Source of the DNA: Candidatus Wildermuthbacteria bacterium
Lineage (GTDB): Bacteria > Patescibacteriota > Minisyncoccia > Minisyncoccales > UBA10102
Length of the DNA stretch: 64,000 nucleotides
NCBI GenBank assembly: GCA_016186115.1
Contig: JACPMK010000002.1
Location: forward strand, 136,983 to 200,982
Direction: 5' to 3'
Below the pieces are notes generated by a model, which made no database searches, had not been told where the DNA came from, and worked only from the letters and a program-made list of their open reading frames with translations. Position 1 is the first letter of the stretch. Each line of letters starts with the position of its first letter. Both the position numbers and the translations under genes were made by a program. This document shows, one piece after another, positions 13,130 to 21,964 of the stretch.

Positions 13130-14137
13130 CTATCGCTTGGCCATGATGCTTTGTTTATAAATATCAAGGTTGTCCAAAATCGTTCCGGCTCCCCTTGCGA
13201 CGCAAAGCAACGGGTTTTCTGCAACAAAGCAAGGAACTCCGATAAATTGAGCAATAAGTTGATCAATATTACGAAGCTGGGCGCTCCCTCCCGTAAGCAC
13301 CATCCCTTTATCCATAATATCTGCCGAAAGCTCGGGGGGCGTGTCGCGGAGCACGGTCTTGACCGTCTGGACAATTTCACCAAGGGGTTCTGCGATTGCT
13401 TCTGCAACCTCGTTGGAAACAATGCGCATATTCTTGGGAAGCCCCTGCACAAAATCACGTCCGCGAATCTCAATGGTTGACTCTTTCTTTTCCGGAATTG
13501 CAATGCCGATTTTTATTTTAATGTCCTCTGCGGTTTGTTCACCGATCGCAAGATTATATTTGCGCTTGATGTAATCAGTAATTGCCTGATCGAGTTTGTC
13601 TCCCGCGACCCGCAAAGAAGTGGCGACAACAATACCGCCAAGCGAAATGACGGCGACCTCTGTTGTTCCCCCGCCAATATTCACAACCATATGCCCGGAG
13701 GAAGAATTAATGGGAATGCCAGCTCCTATCGCAGCCAAAATGGGTTCCTTGACCACATAGGCAGCTTTCGCTCCCGCTCTCAAGGTTGCCTCAATCACCG
13801 CTCTCTTCTCTGTGGAAGTGATGCCCGCAGGAACAGAAACCAATACTTCGGGTTTGAAAAATTGGTATTTCGGAAGAATCTTTTTTAAAAAATAACGTAT
13901 CATTGCAAGCGTCACCCGAAAATCCGCAATAACCCCCTCACGCATCGGCCGATACACACGGATGGTGTCCGGAGTGCGTCCGGTCATTTCTTTTGCCTCC
14001 TCCCCTACTGCCATAATTTTGTTCTCTGCCAAGGAAACCGCAACAACAGATGGTTCGTTTAAAACCACGCCTTTCCCCGGAATGAATACCAATGAATTAC
14101 ACGTTCCAAGATCAATTCCAATTTTTGTGATAAACAT
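13130..14137 (-). CDS. mreB: Second MreB/Mbl paralogue
   Basis: IGIDLGTCNSLV, VNIGGGTTEVAVISLGG, TPPELSADIMDKG. Confidence 0.93.
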   Translation of the reverse strand: MFITKIGIDLGTCNSLVFIPGKGVVLNEPSVVAVSLAENKIMAVGEEAKEMTGRTPDTIRVYRPMREGVIADFRVTLAMIRYFLKKILPKYQFFKPEVLVSVPAGITSTEKRAVIEATLRAGAKAAYVVKEPILAAIGAGIPINSSSGHMVVNIGGGTTEVAVISLGGIVVATSLRVAGDKLDQAITDYIKRKYNLAIGEQTAEDIKIKIGIAIPEKKESTIEIRGRDFVQGLPKNMRIVSNEVAEAIAEPLGEIVQTVKTVLRDTPPELSADIMDKGMVLTGGSAQLRNIDQLIAQFIGVPCFVAENPLLCVARGAGTILDNLDIYKQSIMAKR

Positions 14138-14143
14138 ATCGCT

Positions 14144-15424
14144 TTACTCTTCGACACGTTGGATATCTCCTCCCAATTTCTGGATTCTTTTTTCAATCTC
14201 TTCATAGCCGCGATCAATCTGATATACATTCGAAATCGCGCTCTGGCCTTTTGCAATAAGAGCTGCCGTAATTAACGCCGCTCCTCCGCGCAAATCTGAA
14301 GCAGTGATTTCGGCGCCGTATAATTTCGTAGGCCCATTAATAATAGCACGATGAGGATCTGTAAGATAAATCTCTGCTCCCATTTTGTTTAATTCTTCCA
14401 AGTATTTCAGTCGCCCTTCGTAGAGAGGATCATGCAGAAGAGTGGACCCCTTTGTCTGCGTTGCCAGCACTCCGAATGGGCTTTGCAAATCAGAATGAAT
14501 CCCCGGATAAATAAAATACTGAATTTTTCCGATGTGAACATTCTTGGATGGAGAAACCCGTACAGTCCCCACCCCATTTTTCTGGCTTATAACCTCTACA
14601 TTCACGCCAAAATCCTTCAGGCGTTTTAAAAATAAATCGAGAAACGAAAGCTCCACGTTCGCTATCGTAATCTCTCCGCGAAGGGCCGCAGCCATAAGAA
14701 TAAACGTGCCGGCTTCTGTGGGATCATACAAAAGACGATGCTCAAATCCACGCAATGACTTCCTGCCCGTGATTTTCAACGTGTGAAGGCCGATCATTTC
14801 AACCGATGCCCCCATTTTCGTCAATACTCTTATGAGTTCTTGCACCTGATAGTCAAAGTCCGCAATTTTAAGGATAACAGGAACAGAAATGAGAGCAGCA
14901 AAAAGCAGCACATTTTCGGTTGCGGTAACAGAAAACTCATTAAGAATAACCTCCATTTGCTTTCTGGGCCTTGTCTTCAACTCCACTTCAAAGCCCTCTT
15001 TCTTTGGAACAATTACAGCTCCTATTTGGCGAAAGGCATCAAGATGAGTATCGATGGGTCGTGCTCCAATCACACATCCTCCTGGCTGCGGCAAATAGAT
15101 CTTTCCAAAACGGGCAAGCAAAGGGCCTAAAAATAAAATGGAGCCGCGTAAACGCTTTACGAGCACCTTGTCAATTTTTGCAGGATCCAATGCTTTGGTA
15201 TTGATCCGGATTGTTCTCTCGCCCAGCCAATCAACTCTTGCATTCATGCTTTTCAAAATCTCGATCATGCGGAACACATCTTCAATACGCGGAAGATTAT
15301 CAATAAGCACGTTCTCTTTTGTCAAAATGGATGCGGCCAGCAAAGGAAACGCAGCATTTTTTGCGCCTCTTACATCAATTTCACCATCCAATTTTCTGCC
15401 ACCCACGACAATAAATTTTTCCAT
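14144..15424 (-). CDS. murA: UDP-N-acetylglucosamine 1-carboxyvinyltransferase
   Basis: GAKNAAFP, catalytic-Cys loop PGGCVIGARP, DLRGGAAL, IDRGYE. Confidence 0.95.
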   Translation of the reverse strand: MEKFIVVGGRKLDGEIDVRGAKNAAFPLLAASILTKENVLIDNLPRIEDVFRMIEILKSMNARVDWLGERTIRINTKALDPAKIDKVLVKRLRGSILFLGPLLARFGKIYLPQPGGCVIGARPIDTHLDAFRQIGAVIVPKKEGFEVELKTRPRKQMEVILNEFSVTATENVLLFAALISVPVILKIADFDYQVQELIRVLTKMGASVEMIGLHTLKITGRKSLRGFEHRLLYDPTEAGTFILMAAALRGEITIANVELSFLDLFLKRLKDFGVNVEVISQKNGVGTVRVSPSKNVHIGKIQYFIYPGIHSDLQSPFGVLATQTKGSTLLHDPLYEGRLKYLEELNKMGAEIYLTDPHRAIINGPTKLYGAEITASDLRGGAALITAALIAKGQSAISNVYQIDRGYEEIEKRIQKLGGDIQRVEE

Positions 15425-15544
15425 GAGAAATGATCGAGATATTCTCCAGCAGTCAAATCATATTGTACCCTATTACTCTATAATTGACAAGCCGTGAAAT
15501 ACCCTTCGTTGAAGGGCGGGGACAGATACCCTATAATGATTGTG

Positions 15545-16927
15545 ATGACGAAAATGCAGCGCACAATTTTATTTGCTGTTTTTACTATTATTTTTTTGAT
15601 ACTGGCACCCACGATTGTGCTGTATTCGCAAGGATACCGTATGGATTGGGAGAAAAAAAAGATTACCCAAACAGGAGCATTCTCATTTAAAGCGCTGCCG
15701 CCGAGAGCCGATATCTTTGTGAATGGAAAACTTATCAAAAAAACAAATTTTTTTCTCGGCTCTGCTACGACTTCCACATTTCTTCCCGGAGAATATAAAG
15801 TAAGAATAGAAAAAGAGGGGTATTATCCGTGGGAAAAAACATTAGAGATTACTCCGCGCGGAGTAACGGAAGCAAAATTTATTGTTCTATTCCCAAAAGC
15901 AGTAACCTTTTCTTCGACAGCAGAAAACATTGAAGGGTTCTGGCCTTCACCTGATCAAAAATGGGCAATTATCGAAACAAAATCTCTCCAGCAAGTTTCT
16001 CTTTCCATTCAAAACCTTGCCACAAAAGAATTAATCTCCCTGGAAAAAGATACTGCAGATTCTGTCAAAAGTGTATCGTGGGATGCAACCTCCCAGCGAT
16101 TTTTTATTCAATTCCAATCAGGAAATACAAGAATTCAATCAATAAGTTCGAACATGCAAGCATGTCGCCAAATTCCTTGTGATCTCGGATTTTTAGAGGG
16201 CTCCATTGAAAAAGCAGAATTCTTGCCCACACAGGAATCGAGAATCGTTTTATTGCAGAATACAGGAAATTCTCAAATTCTTTCCGCGGTGGACTACGCA
16301 AACCAGCAGATCATCTCTCTCGATACCAACGTACTTGCATTTGTCCTTTTGGGAAATACCGTTGACTGGCTTGACGCTACCGGCACTATCTGGCAAAAAC
16401 AGCTCGACACGAATTCTCCAGCCCAAAAACTAACGCATACCCCCTTCTCCGTCAAGGATGCCCAACCCTATGAACTTTTTCTATGGCGAGGGACTCTCTT
16501 TATCAAAGAAGGAAAGCAGCTCTTTAGATTTATATATCCCGAACGGCTCTTTGAAAAAATCTTCGATCAGATTGAATTTCAACAGCTTGATCCAAGAGAC
16601 GAAAAGATTCTTATCGTACGCAACTCTGAACTATGGCTCTACTATCTTATTGACGAATATGAACAGCCCCAAAAACGAAGAGGAGAAAAAGTATTTCTCA
16701 CCCGATTTGGGCAACCTATCCGCTCTCCTCAATGGATGAACGGATCCTATATCGCTTTTGGGTTAGATAACGCAATCAAAATCATTGAAACAGACGACCG
16801 CGATGGAATCAATATGGTAGACATCGGCATCCTTTCTGCAAAAAAAATTTTCTGGGATGCAAATACAAAGTCGCTCATTGTGTTGAGCGACCGTACGCTT
16901 CTCACTTCAGAAAGAATTATTCGATAA
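15545..16927 (+). CDS. Membrane-anchored PEGA-domain protein with probable beta-propeller C-terminus
   Basis: N-terminal TM helix, PEGA motif PGEYKVRIEKEGYYPWEK. TTGAAG-17nt-TATAAT ends 7 nt before the ATG at 15545 (ORF track starts at 15494). Confidence 0.8.
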   Translation: MTKMQRTILFAVFTIIFLILAPTIVLYSQGYRMDWEKKKITQTGAFSFKALPPRADIFVNGKLIKKTNFFLGSATTSTFLPGEYKVRIEKEGYYPWEKTLEITPRGVTEAKFIVLFPKAVTFSSTAENIEGFWPSPDQKWAIIETKSLQQVSLSIQNLATKELISLEKDTADSVKSVSWDATSQRFFIQFQSGNTRIQSISSNMQACRQIPCDLGFLEGSIEKAEFLPTQESRIVLLQNTGNSQILSAVDYANQQIISLDTNVLAFVLLGNTVDWLDATGTIWQKQLDTNSPAQKLTHTPFSVKDAQPYELFLWRGTLFIKEGKQLFRFIYPERLFEKIFDQIEFQQLDPRDEKILIVRNSELWLYYLIDEYEQPQKRRGEKVFLTRFGQPIRSPQWMNGSYIAFGLDNAIKIIETDDRDGINMVDIGILSAKKIFWDANTKSLIVLSDRTLLTSERIIR

Positions 16928-16933
16928 GAGGTT

Positions 16934-17389
16934 CTATCTCTTCCGCCATTGGCGCGCCCGGCGTGCGCCGCGAAGACCAAACTTTTTGCGTTCTTTTGCG
17001 CGAGGGTCACGCGTAAGAAAACCAAGCCCTTTTAATTGAGTTCTCAAGTCACTATTATATTGTACCAATGCTCTGGCAAGGCCATGGCGGATTGCCTCTG
17101 CCTGCGCTTCTTTTCCCCCTCCCTGCACCAACACCGACACTCCAAATTGGGAAAGAAGCCCGGTTTTCTCCAAAGAATCAAGGGCTGTTTTTGTATAATC
17201 ATTTTCCTGAAAATAATCCGAAGGAGATTTTTGATTAATCAAAAATGTTTTTTCAGCAGCAGCATCAGAAATGCGCACCCGCGCAATCGCGGTTTTCCTT
17301 CGCCCAATACCTTCGTAATAATGCGAAGGGGCATGGATTTTTTCTTGTGTCGATCCTTCAGTTTGTGATTTTGCTTTTGTTCTTGGCAT
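16934..17389 (-). CDS. rpsI: 30S ribosomal protein S9
   Basis: GRRKTAIARV, LTRDPRAKERKKFGLRGARRARQWRKR. Confidence 0.97.
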   Translation of the reverse strand: MPRTKAKSQTEGSTQEKIHAPSHYYEGIGRRKTAIARVRISDAAAEKTFLINQKSPSDYFQENDYTKTALDSLEKTGLLSQFGVSVLVQGGGKEAQAEAIRHGLARALVQYNSDLRTQLKGLGFLTRDPRAKERKKFGLRGARRARQWRKR

Positions 17390-17396
17390 AGAGATT

Positions 17397-17747
17397 TTAT
17401 TCTTCAATCTTTAAGCGCTTGATTTGCAATCCGCGAAGCCGATTATTGGGAAGCATACGAAGCACTGCAAGACGAAGAACTTGCTTTGGATCTTTTTCAA
17501 AAAATTCACGCAGGCGCTTGGCATGAATCCCGCCGGGGTATCCGGAATGACGATAATAAAATTTCTGCGTTTCCTTCCTTCCTGTAATACGAATCTGTGT
17601 AATATTTTTAACCACAACAAAGTCGCCCTCATCTTTATAAGGAACGAACTGGGCTCTTTGTTTCCCGCGTAAAAATGTTGCTACCTCAACCGCAACCCTT
17701 CCCAAGCTCCTGTTTCGCGCATCAATTGTATGGGTCTGACGCTCCAT
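17397..17747 (-). CDS. rplM: 50S ribosomal protein L13 (short)
   Basis: IDARNRSLGRVA, YYRHSGYPGG, MLPNNRL. Confidence 0.95.
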   Translation of the reverse strand: MERQTHTIDARNRSLGRVAVEVATFLRGKQRAQFVPYKDEGDFVVVKNITQIRITGRKETQKFYYRHSGYPGGIHAKRLREFFEKDPKQVLRLAVLRMLPNNRLRGLQIKRLKIEE

Positions 17748-17752
17748 AATAG

Positions 17753-18103
17753 TTATTTTACAAATTCTACGATAACCATTTTTGCACCATCAGAACTGCG
17801 AGGCGTGAGTTTTATAACCCTTGTATAGCCGCCGGGTCGTTCTTTGTAGCGCGGTGCAATATCATTCATAAGCTTTTTTACTGTCGGGGGATCAAAAGAA
17901 CGTGCAAGCTCGCGGTGAACCAGCACTCCTCCTTTTCTTGCCTTTGTAACTAACCGCTCCACAAGCCGAGCAAGCTCTTTTCCTCTCGTCTCGGTAGTAG
18001 TAATGCGTTCTGACACAAGCAAAGCCCGCGCCAAAGAACGAAGGAATGCTCTGCGCGGTTCGGCTTTTCTCGAAAACTTTTTTCCTTCAACTCGTTTTCG
18101 CAT
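17753..18103 (-). CDS. rplQ: 50S ribosomal protein L17
   Basis: ERITTTETRGKE, RPGGYTRVIKL. Confidence 0.95.
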   Translation of the reverse strand: MRKRVEGKKFSRKAEPRRAFLRSLARALLVSERITTTETRGKELARLVERLVTKARKGGVLVHRELARSFDPPTVKKLMNDIAPRYKERPGGYTRVIKLTPRSSDGAKMVIVEFVK

Positions 18104-18108
18104 AACAA

Positions 18109-18900
18109 TTACTTCTTAGTATTCTTTGCCGCCTTTTTGGGTTTAGCTATTTTTTGCTTTTTCTCTTTGGCAGATTTTTCTTTTTTTTCTTCCGCATTCG
18201 GCAATTTCGTTTCTTCCTCTTGCAAAGAAGAAATCGCGATTTGAAATTCTTTCAATAAAATATCAACAGCCCGATACAATGCGGTCTCCGGGCTCATAGT
18301 TCCATCGGTAGTAATCTCAATGGTAAGACGATCAAAATCTGTCCGCTCGCCCACCCGCATATTGTCCACACGATAGTTTACTCTTCGAGCAGGAGTAAAG
18401 ATCGCATCCAGCAAAATGATCCCGATATCTGTTTTCTTTGCTTTCTGCGCCTGAACAGGAAGATATCCCGTGCCTTTTTCAACCTGAATCTCCATTTCGA
18501 GCTCTGCATTTTTATCAGAAAGAGAGGCAATGGGAATATCCTTATTAACGAGTTCGAGCTGGGGAGGAAAAACAAAATCAGAACCCTTCACTTCTTTTTC
18601 TCCCTTCACTTTGAGAATAGCGGTTTGGGGATCTTGGCCATGCAAAATAAAACGCATCTGTTTCAAATTCAAAATAACGTGCAGCACATCCTCAATAACC
18701 CCGGGAATTGTCGAAAATTCATGAGGCACTCCCTTGATACGTACTTGAGTGATCGCAGCGCCCTCCAGCGAAGAAAGAAGCACTCTCCGCAAGCTATTGC
18801 CAATGGTAACTCCATAGCCCGGATACAATGCCTCAATCTCAAACACGCCCTTTGTAGCTGTTTTTTCTAAAACTTTTGTTGGTTGTGATAAAGGAATCAT
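18109..18900 (-). CDS. rpoA: RNA polymerase alpha subunit (NTD plus a Lys-rich tail; no alpha-CTD)
   Basis: PGYGVTIGNSLRRVLLSSLEGAA, HEFSTIPGVIED, RVGERTDFDRL; ATG at 18900 follows the rpsD stop. Confidence 0.95.
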   Translation of the reverse strand: MIPLSQPTKVLEKTATKGVFEIEALYPGYGVTIGNSLRRVLLSSLEGAAITQVRIKGVPHEFSTIPGVIEDVLHVILNLKQMRFILHGQDPQTAILKVKGEKEVKGSDFVFPPQLELVNKDIPIASLSDKNAELEMEIQVEKGTGYLPVQAQKAKKTDIGIILLDAIFTPARRVNYRVDNMRVGERTDFDRLTIEITTDGTMSPETALYRAVDILLKEFQIAISSLQEEETKLPNAEEKKEKSAKEKKQKIAKPKKAAKNTKK

Positions 18901-18907
18901 ATTTTTA

Positions 18908-19438
18908 TTATCTTGAGTAGAATTCGAAAATAAGTGGTAATTCGACCGTTGCAGATGCTTCCTCCAGCGTTGGCTCGCGAAGCATTTTTGCTTCCATTTT
19001 TTCACTATTGAGCTCAAGCCACGCAGGGGGCTGATACTTTTTCAGCCCAAGCTGAATATTTTTAAAAAGTTCTTTTTTTAAAGAAGAGGGACGAACGGAA
19101 ACCACATCTTCAAGCTCCACCTGATACGAAGGGACATCAATCGGCTTCCCGTTGACCACAAAATGGCCATGCGTTACCAATTGCCTTGCCTGCGCTCTCG
19201 TTTGTGCCATCCCCATACGAAATACGACACTATCAAGCCGTCTCTCAAGCGTACGCATTAATAACTCCAAAGCATTGCCGCTCCCCTTGCGACCCAACAA
19301 AAGGGCTTTCTTCACATAATTCCGAAACTGACGCTCACGAAGCGCGTATTGCATTTTGAGCGTTTGTTTTTCTTTCAATTGCCGTCCATATTCAGAAAGC
19401 GGAGCCGGGGCTCGTTTTCTTACAACTCCTTTTTGCAT
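18908..19438 (-). CDS. rpsD: 30S ribosomal protein S4 (N-terminally shortened)
   Basis: SEYGRQLKEKQ, LERRLDSVVFRMG, ARQLVTHGH, IFEFYSR. Confidence 0.95.
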   Translation of the reverse strand: MQKGVVRKRAPAPLSEYGRQLKEKQTLKMQYALRERQFRNYVKKALLLGRKGSGNALELLMRTLERRLDSVVFRMGMAQTRAQARQLVTHGHFVVNGKPIDVPSYQVELEDVVSVRPSSLKKELFKNIQLGLKKYQPPAWLELNSEKMEAKMLREPTLEEASATVELPLIFEFYSR

Positions 19439-19444
19439 ATAAAT

Positions 19445-19900
19445 TTATACTCTTCGTAATCGTGGGGCTTTGGGACCATTATGAGGCACTGGCGTAATAT
19501 CGGCTATACTTATGATTTCGAAATTTCTTGCTCCCAATGCTCGCAATGCAGAATCGCGTCCCGGCCCTATGCCCTTGATAAATACATGAACCCTTTCAAT
19601 TCCTTTATTTGCAATCATTTGTGCGATTGTCTCGGCAACTTTTGAAGCAGCGAACGGCGTTGATTTTTTTGTTCCTTTGAATCCAATCTTTCCTGCGCTT
19701 ACTTGAGAAAGCACCCTGCCTTGGGTGTCCGTAAGCGAAATTAAGGTATTGTTGTAAGAGGAATAAACATAAACACGGCCTTCTTTTATTGCCACCCTAG
19801 AGGGAACTGCTCCTGTTTGAGCTGACACCTTTTCGTCAACACCCTTTCTCTCTTCAACCAGCTCTTCTCCACTTTTTCTTATGATACGTTTTTTACCCAT
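19445..19900 (-). CDS. rpsK: 30S ribosomal protein S11
   Basis: YNNTLISLTD, GFKGTKKSTPFAA, DITPVPHNG. Confidence 0.97.
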   Translation of the reverse strand: MGKKRIIRKSGEELVEERKGVDEKVSAQTGAVPSRVAIKEGRVYVYSSYNNTLISLTDTQGRVLSQVSAGKIGFKGTKKSTPFAASKVAETIAQMIANKGIERVHVFIKGIGPGRDSALRALGARNFEIISIADITPVPHNGPKAPRLRRV

Positions 19901-19901
19901 A

Positions 19902-20291
19902 TTAGGTTGGACTTGGCGGCGGTTTTCTGCCGGAGGTTACTGTCTTTCTTACATTGCCCCGCACCGTACGAGTATTTGTCTTTGTACGCTGTCCGCGAAC
20001 CGGAAGCCGCTTCATGTGGCGCAGACCTCTCCATGTGCCTACATCCTTTAACCGTTTGATATTCATCAATAATTCTCTGCGAAGCTCTCCTTCGATTTTA
20101 TAATGCCCCTCAATTTTTTCCTTTAATTTATTCAATTCATCGGGTTGCAGTTCACTGGTACGTCTATCCGCATCAATTCCGGCGTCACGCAAGATTCTGC
20201 GACTTAAAGAAGGGCCTATCCCGTAAATATAGGTTAACGCAATTTCAATTTTCTTATTATCGGGGATATGCACCCCTGCAAGTCGCGCCAT
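19902..20291 (-). CDS. rpsM: 30S ribosomal protein S13
   Basis: MARLAGV, ALTYIYGIG, LPVRGQRTKTN. Confidence 0.97.
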   Translation of the reverse strand: MARLAGVHIPDNKKIEIALTYIYGIGPSLSRRILRDAGIDADRRTSELQPDELNKLKEKIEGHYKIEGELRRELLMNIKRLKDVGTWRGLRHMKRLPVRGQRTKTNTRTVRGNVRKTVTSGRKPPPSPT

Positions 20292-20293
20292 AA

Positions 20294-20407
20294 TTATCCC
20301 TGTCTTTGTTTATGCTTAGGATTTTTACAAACAATATAGATTCTTCCCCTTCTCTTCACAACCTTGCAATCTTTGCACATTTTTTTTACGGATGATCGTA
20401 TCTTCAT
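20294..20407 (-). CDS. rpmJ: 50S ribosomal protein L36 (below the ORF-track cutoff)
   Basis: Translated by hand: [37 protein letters not shown]. Confidence 0.97.
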   Translation of the reverse strand: MKIRSSVKKMCKDCKVVKRRGRIYIVCKNPKHKQRQG

Positions 20408-20409
20408 AT

Positions 20410-20634
20410 CTATTTTTCGCGATATACAATTCTTCCCTTTGTTTTATCGTAAGGGCTCACTTCCACCGTAACCCTGTCGCCGGGGAGAACCCGAATTCTG
20501 TGCACTACAAGTTTACCCGATAAATACGCGAGGATTTCTGTGCCGTCATCAAGTGTAACGCGAAATTGTAAATTTGGCAAGGTCTCTACTACCTGTCCTG
20601 ACAGACGGCTTACTTTTTTGTTCGGGTCCATCAT
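20410..20634 (-). CDS. infA: Translation initiation factor IF-1
   Basis: [38 protein letters not shown]. Confidence 0.96.
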   Translation of the reverse strand: MMDPNKKVSRLSGQVVETLPNLQFRVTLDDGTEILAYLSGKLVVHRIRVLPGDRVTVEVSPYDKTKGRIVYREK

Positions 20635-20653
20635 TCAAAAATCACAATGATTC

Positions 20654-20682
20654 ATAGTACCAGAAAAGAGAGCGCTCGTCAA
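20654..20682 (-). promoter_or_regulatory. Putative sigma70 promoter of the infA-rpmJ-alpha operon
   Basis: TTGACG-17nt-TACTAT. Confidence 0.6.
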
Positions 20683-21962
20683 TCTTTCTTCTGCAGGGGC
20701 TCGATATTGAGCTTAATTTCGATTGTAAGGAGGTCTTTTGAGGCACGCCGCTCCCAAAAAGGCCAAAACGAAAGATCGCTCTGGGCAATATGAGGGTATT
20801 GTTCAAGAAGGGTGCTCATCTGAAGGGCATTAAGCCCCTGCACCTGCGATCGAATTTCTTCGGTGTCAAGCTCCCAATATCCTTGAACCGAACCATTAAC
20901 CCGAACCGTAAGTAGTTTTTGCAGCACATCAAAATTCTCCACGCTTGCAGAATATTGCATCGTATCTTTTTTCAGATACTCCCCTTTTTCAAGCTGATCA
21001 TTCAATGCTTTTTCTACCAAACTCTCCAACTCTCTTTTTGGAAAGAACATTGTCGTAACCTGGACTTTTGCGTTGGACGTAAAATGTTCGAACTCCTCCC
21101 CTTCTTTTGCAACAGAGGAAAAAGAAACAAATTCTGCCGAGAGTGCTTCGGGAACCAGCATAAATCCATCAGTAAGAGCACCTCGGAATTTCGCAAGGGC
21201 TTTTTCTTTTAGATCCAAAAGAAGAGTTTGCTTTGCGCGTTCTATATCGTCAGCCGAAACAATGCTTATACTCTCGACAGCTCCTCCTTTCATTGATTCT
21301 GCTGATTTTCCATAGATTGAAGTATACATTGCAGTGCCCACGAGACCGGGAAGAGAAAAATTGGAGGGGCCAATATTGTATGCCTCACCCGGCTCTTGCG
21401 CCTCCACAGGAACATCAACTGCCCCCGCGATCAATTTTCCTCCTTCCCGACGGGCACCCGGAATTTTTATTTTTTCAATAGCACGGAACAGTTTTCCATT
21501 CTCCGAAACAAATCTGGTTTGGGCAATAAACGTCTGCGAAGAGGTGGAGTAGCCATTATATACCCGTATGACTCCTCGTGCCTCTTGTTCTTTTTTCTTT
21601 GTTCCGGTGCTGGAAAACACCCCATCGCCTTCTATGGTTTCCGAACGCATAACACCAGAAGTAAGCATAGGAAGCGCAGTATCCTTGAGGTTCGACCCCT
21701 CTGCAATTTGAATAAGCTCATCTGAATGAAGCTCTCGCATTTGTGGCCAAAGCACAATCGATGTTCTCGCAAAAAAGAAATGCAATACAACAAATGCCAT
21801 CCCCCCCATAAGGAGTATCCCGCAGAAAATGAATACAACAAATACTCGTGATTTTTTCTCTTGTCGTTTTGGTTTCGAGTTCTCACGAGAAGAAGTGCTT
21901 TGGGAATGACGTTTGAGCCGTGGAGGTTGGATATCGCGAATCTTCCGTTTTGCTTGAGGCAT
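20679..21962 (-). CDS. Bitopic membrane protein of unknown function (resembles proteins annotated as baseplate J/gp47-like in CPR genomes)
   Basis: Basic N-terminus, one TM helix, extracellular GVIRVYN...TRF...PGEAYNIGPSNFSLPGL segment. Confidence 0.65.
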   Translation of the reverse strand: MPQAKRKIRDIQPPRLKRHSQSTSSRENSKPKRQEKKSRVFVVFIFCGILLMGGMAFVVLHFFFARTSIVLWPQMRELHSDELIQIAEGSNLKDTALPMLTSGVMRSETIEGDGVFSSTGTKKKEQEARGVIRVYNGYSTSSQTFIAQTRFVSENGKLFRAIEKIKIPGARREGGKLIAGAVDVPVEAQEPGEAYNIGPSNFSLPGLVGTAMYTSIYGKSAESMKGGAVESISIVSADDIERAKQTLLLDLKEKALAKFRGALTDGFMLVPEALSAEFVSFSSVAKEGEEFEHFTSNAKVQVTTMFFPKRELESLVEKALNDQLEKGEYLKKDTMQYSASVENFDVLQKLLTVRVNGSVQGYWELDTEEIRSQVQGLNALQMSTLLEQYPHIAQSDLSFWPFWERRASKDLLTIEIKLNIEPLQKKD

Positions 21963-21964
21963 AA

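Noticed and set aside
18901..19017. N-terminal extension of RpoA in the ORF track
   Set aside because: Overlaps rpsD; the ATG at 18900 matches the normal RpoA start. Upstream extensions of mnmA, alaS, rpsJ, rplF and the site-2 protease were trimmed likewise
20679..21962. Prophage or contractile-tail locus suggested by the baseplate J-like resemblance
   Set aside because: No other phage structural, packaging or integrase genes; the protein has a TM anchor and sits among housekeeping genes
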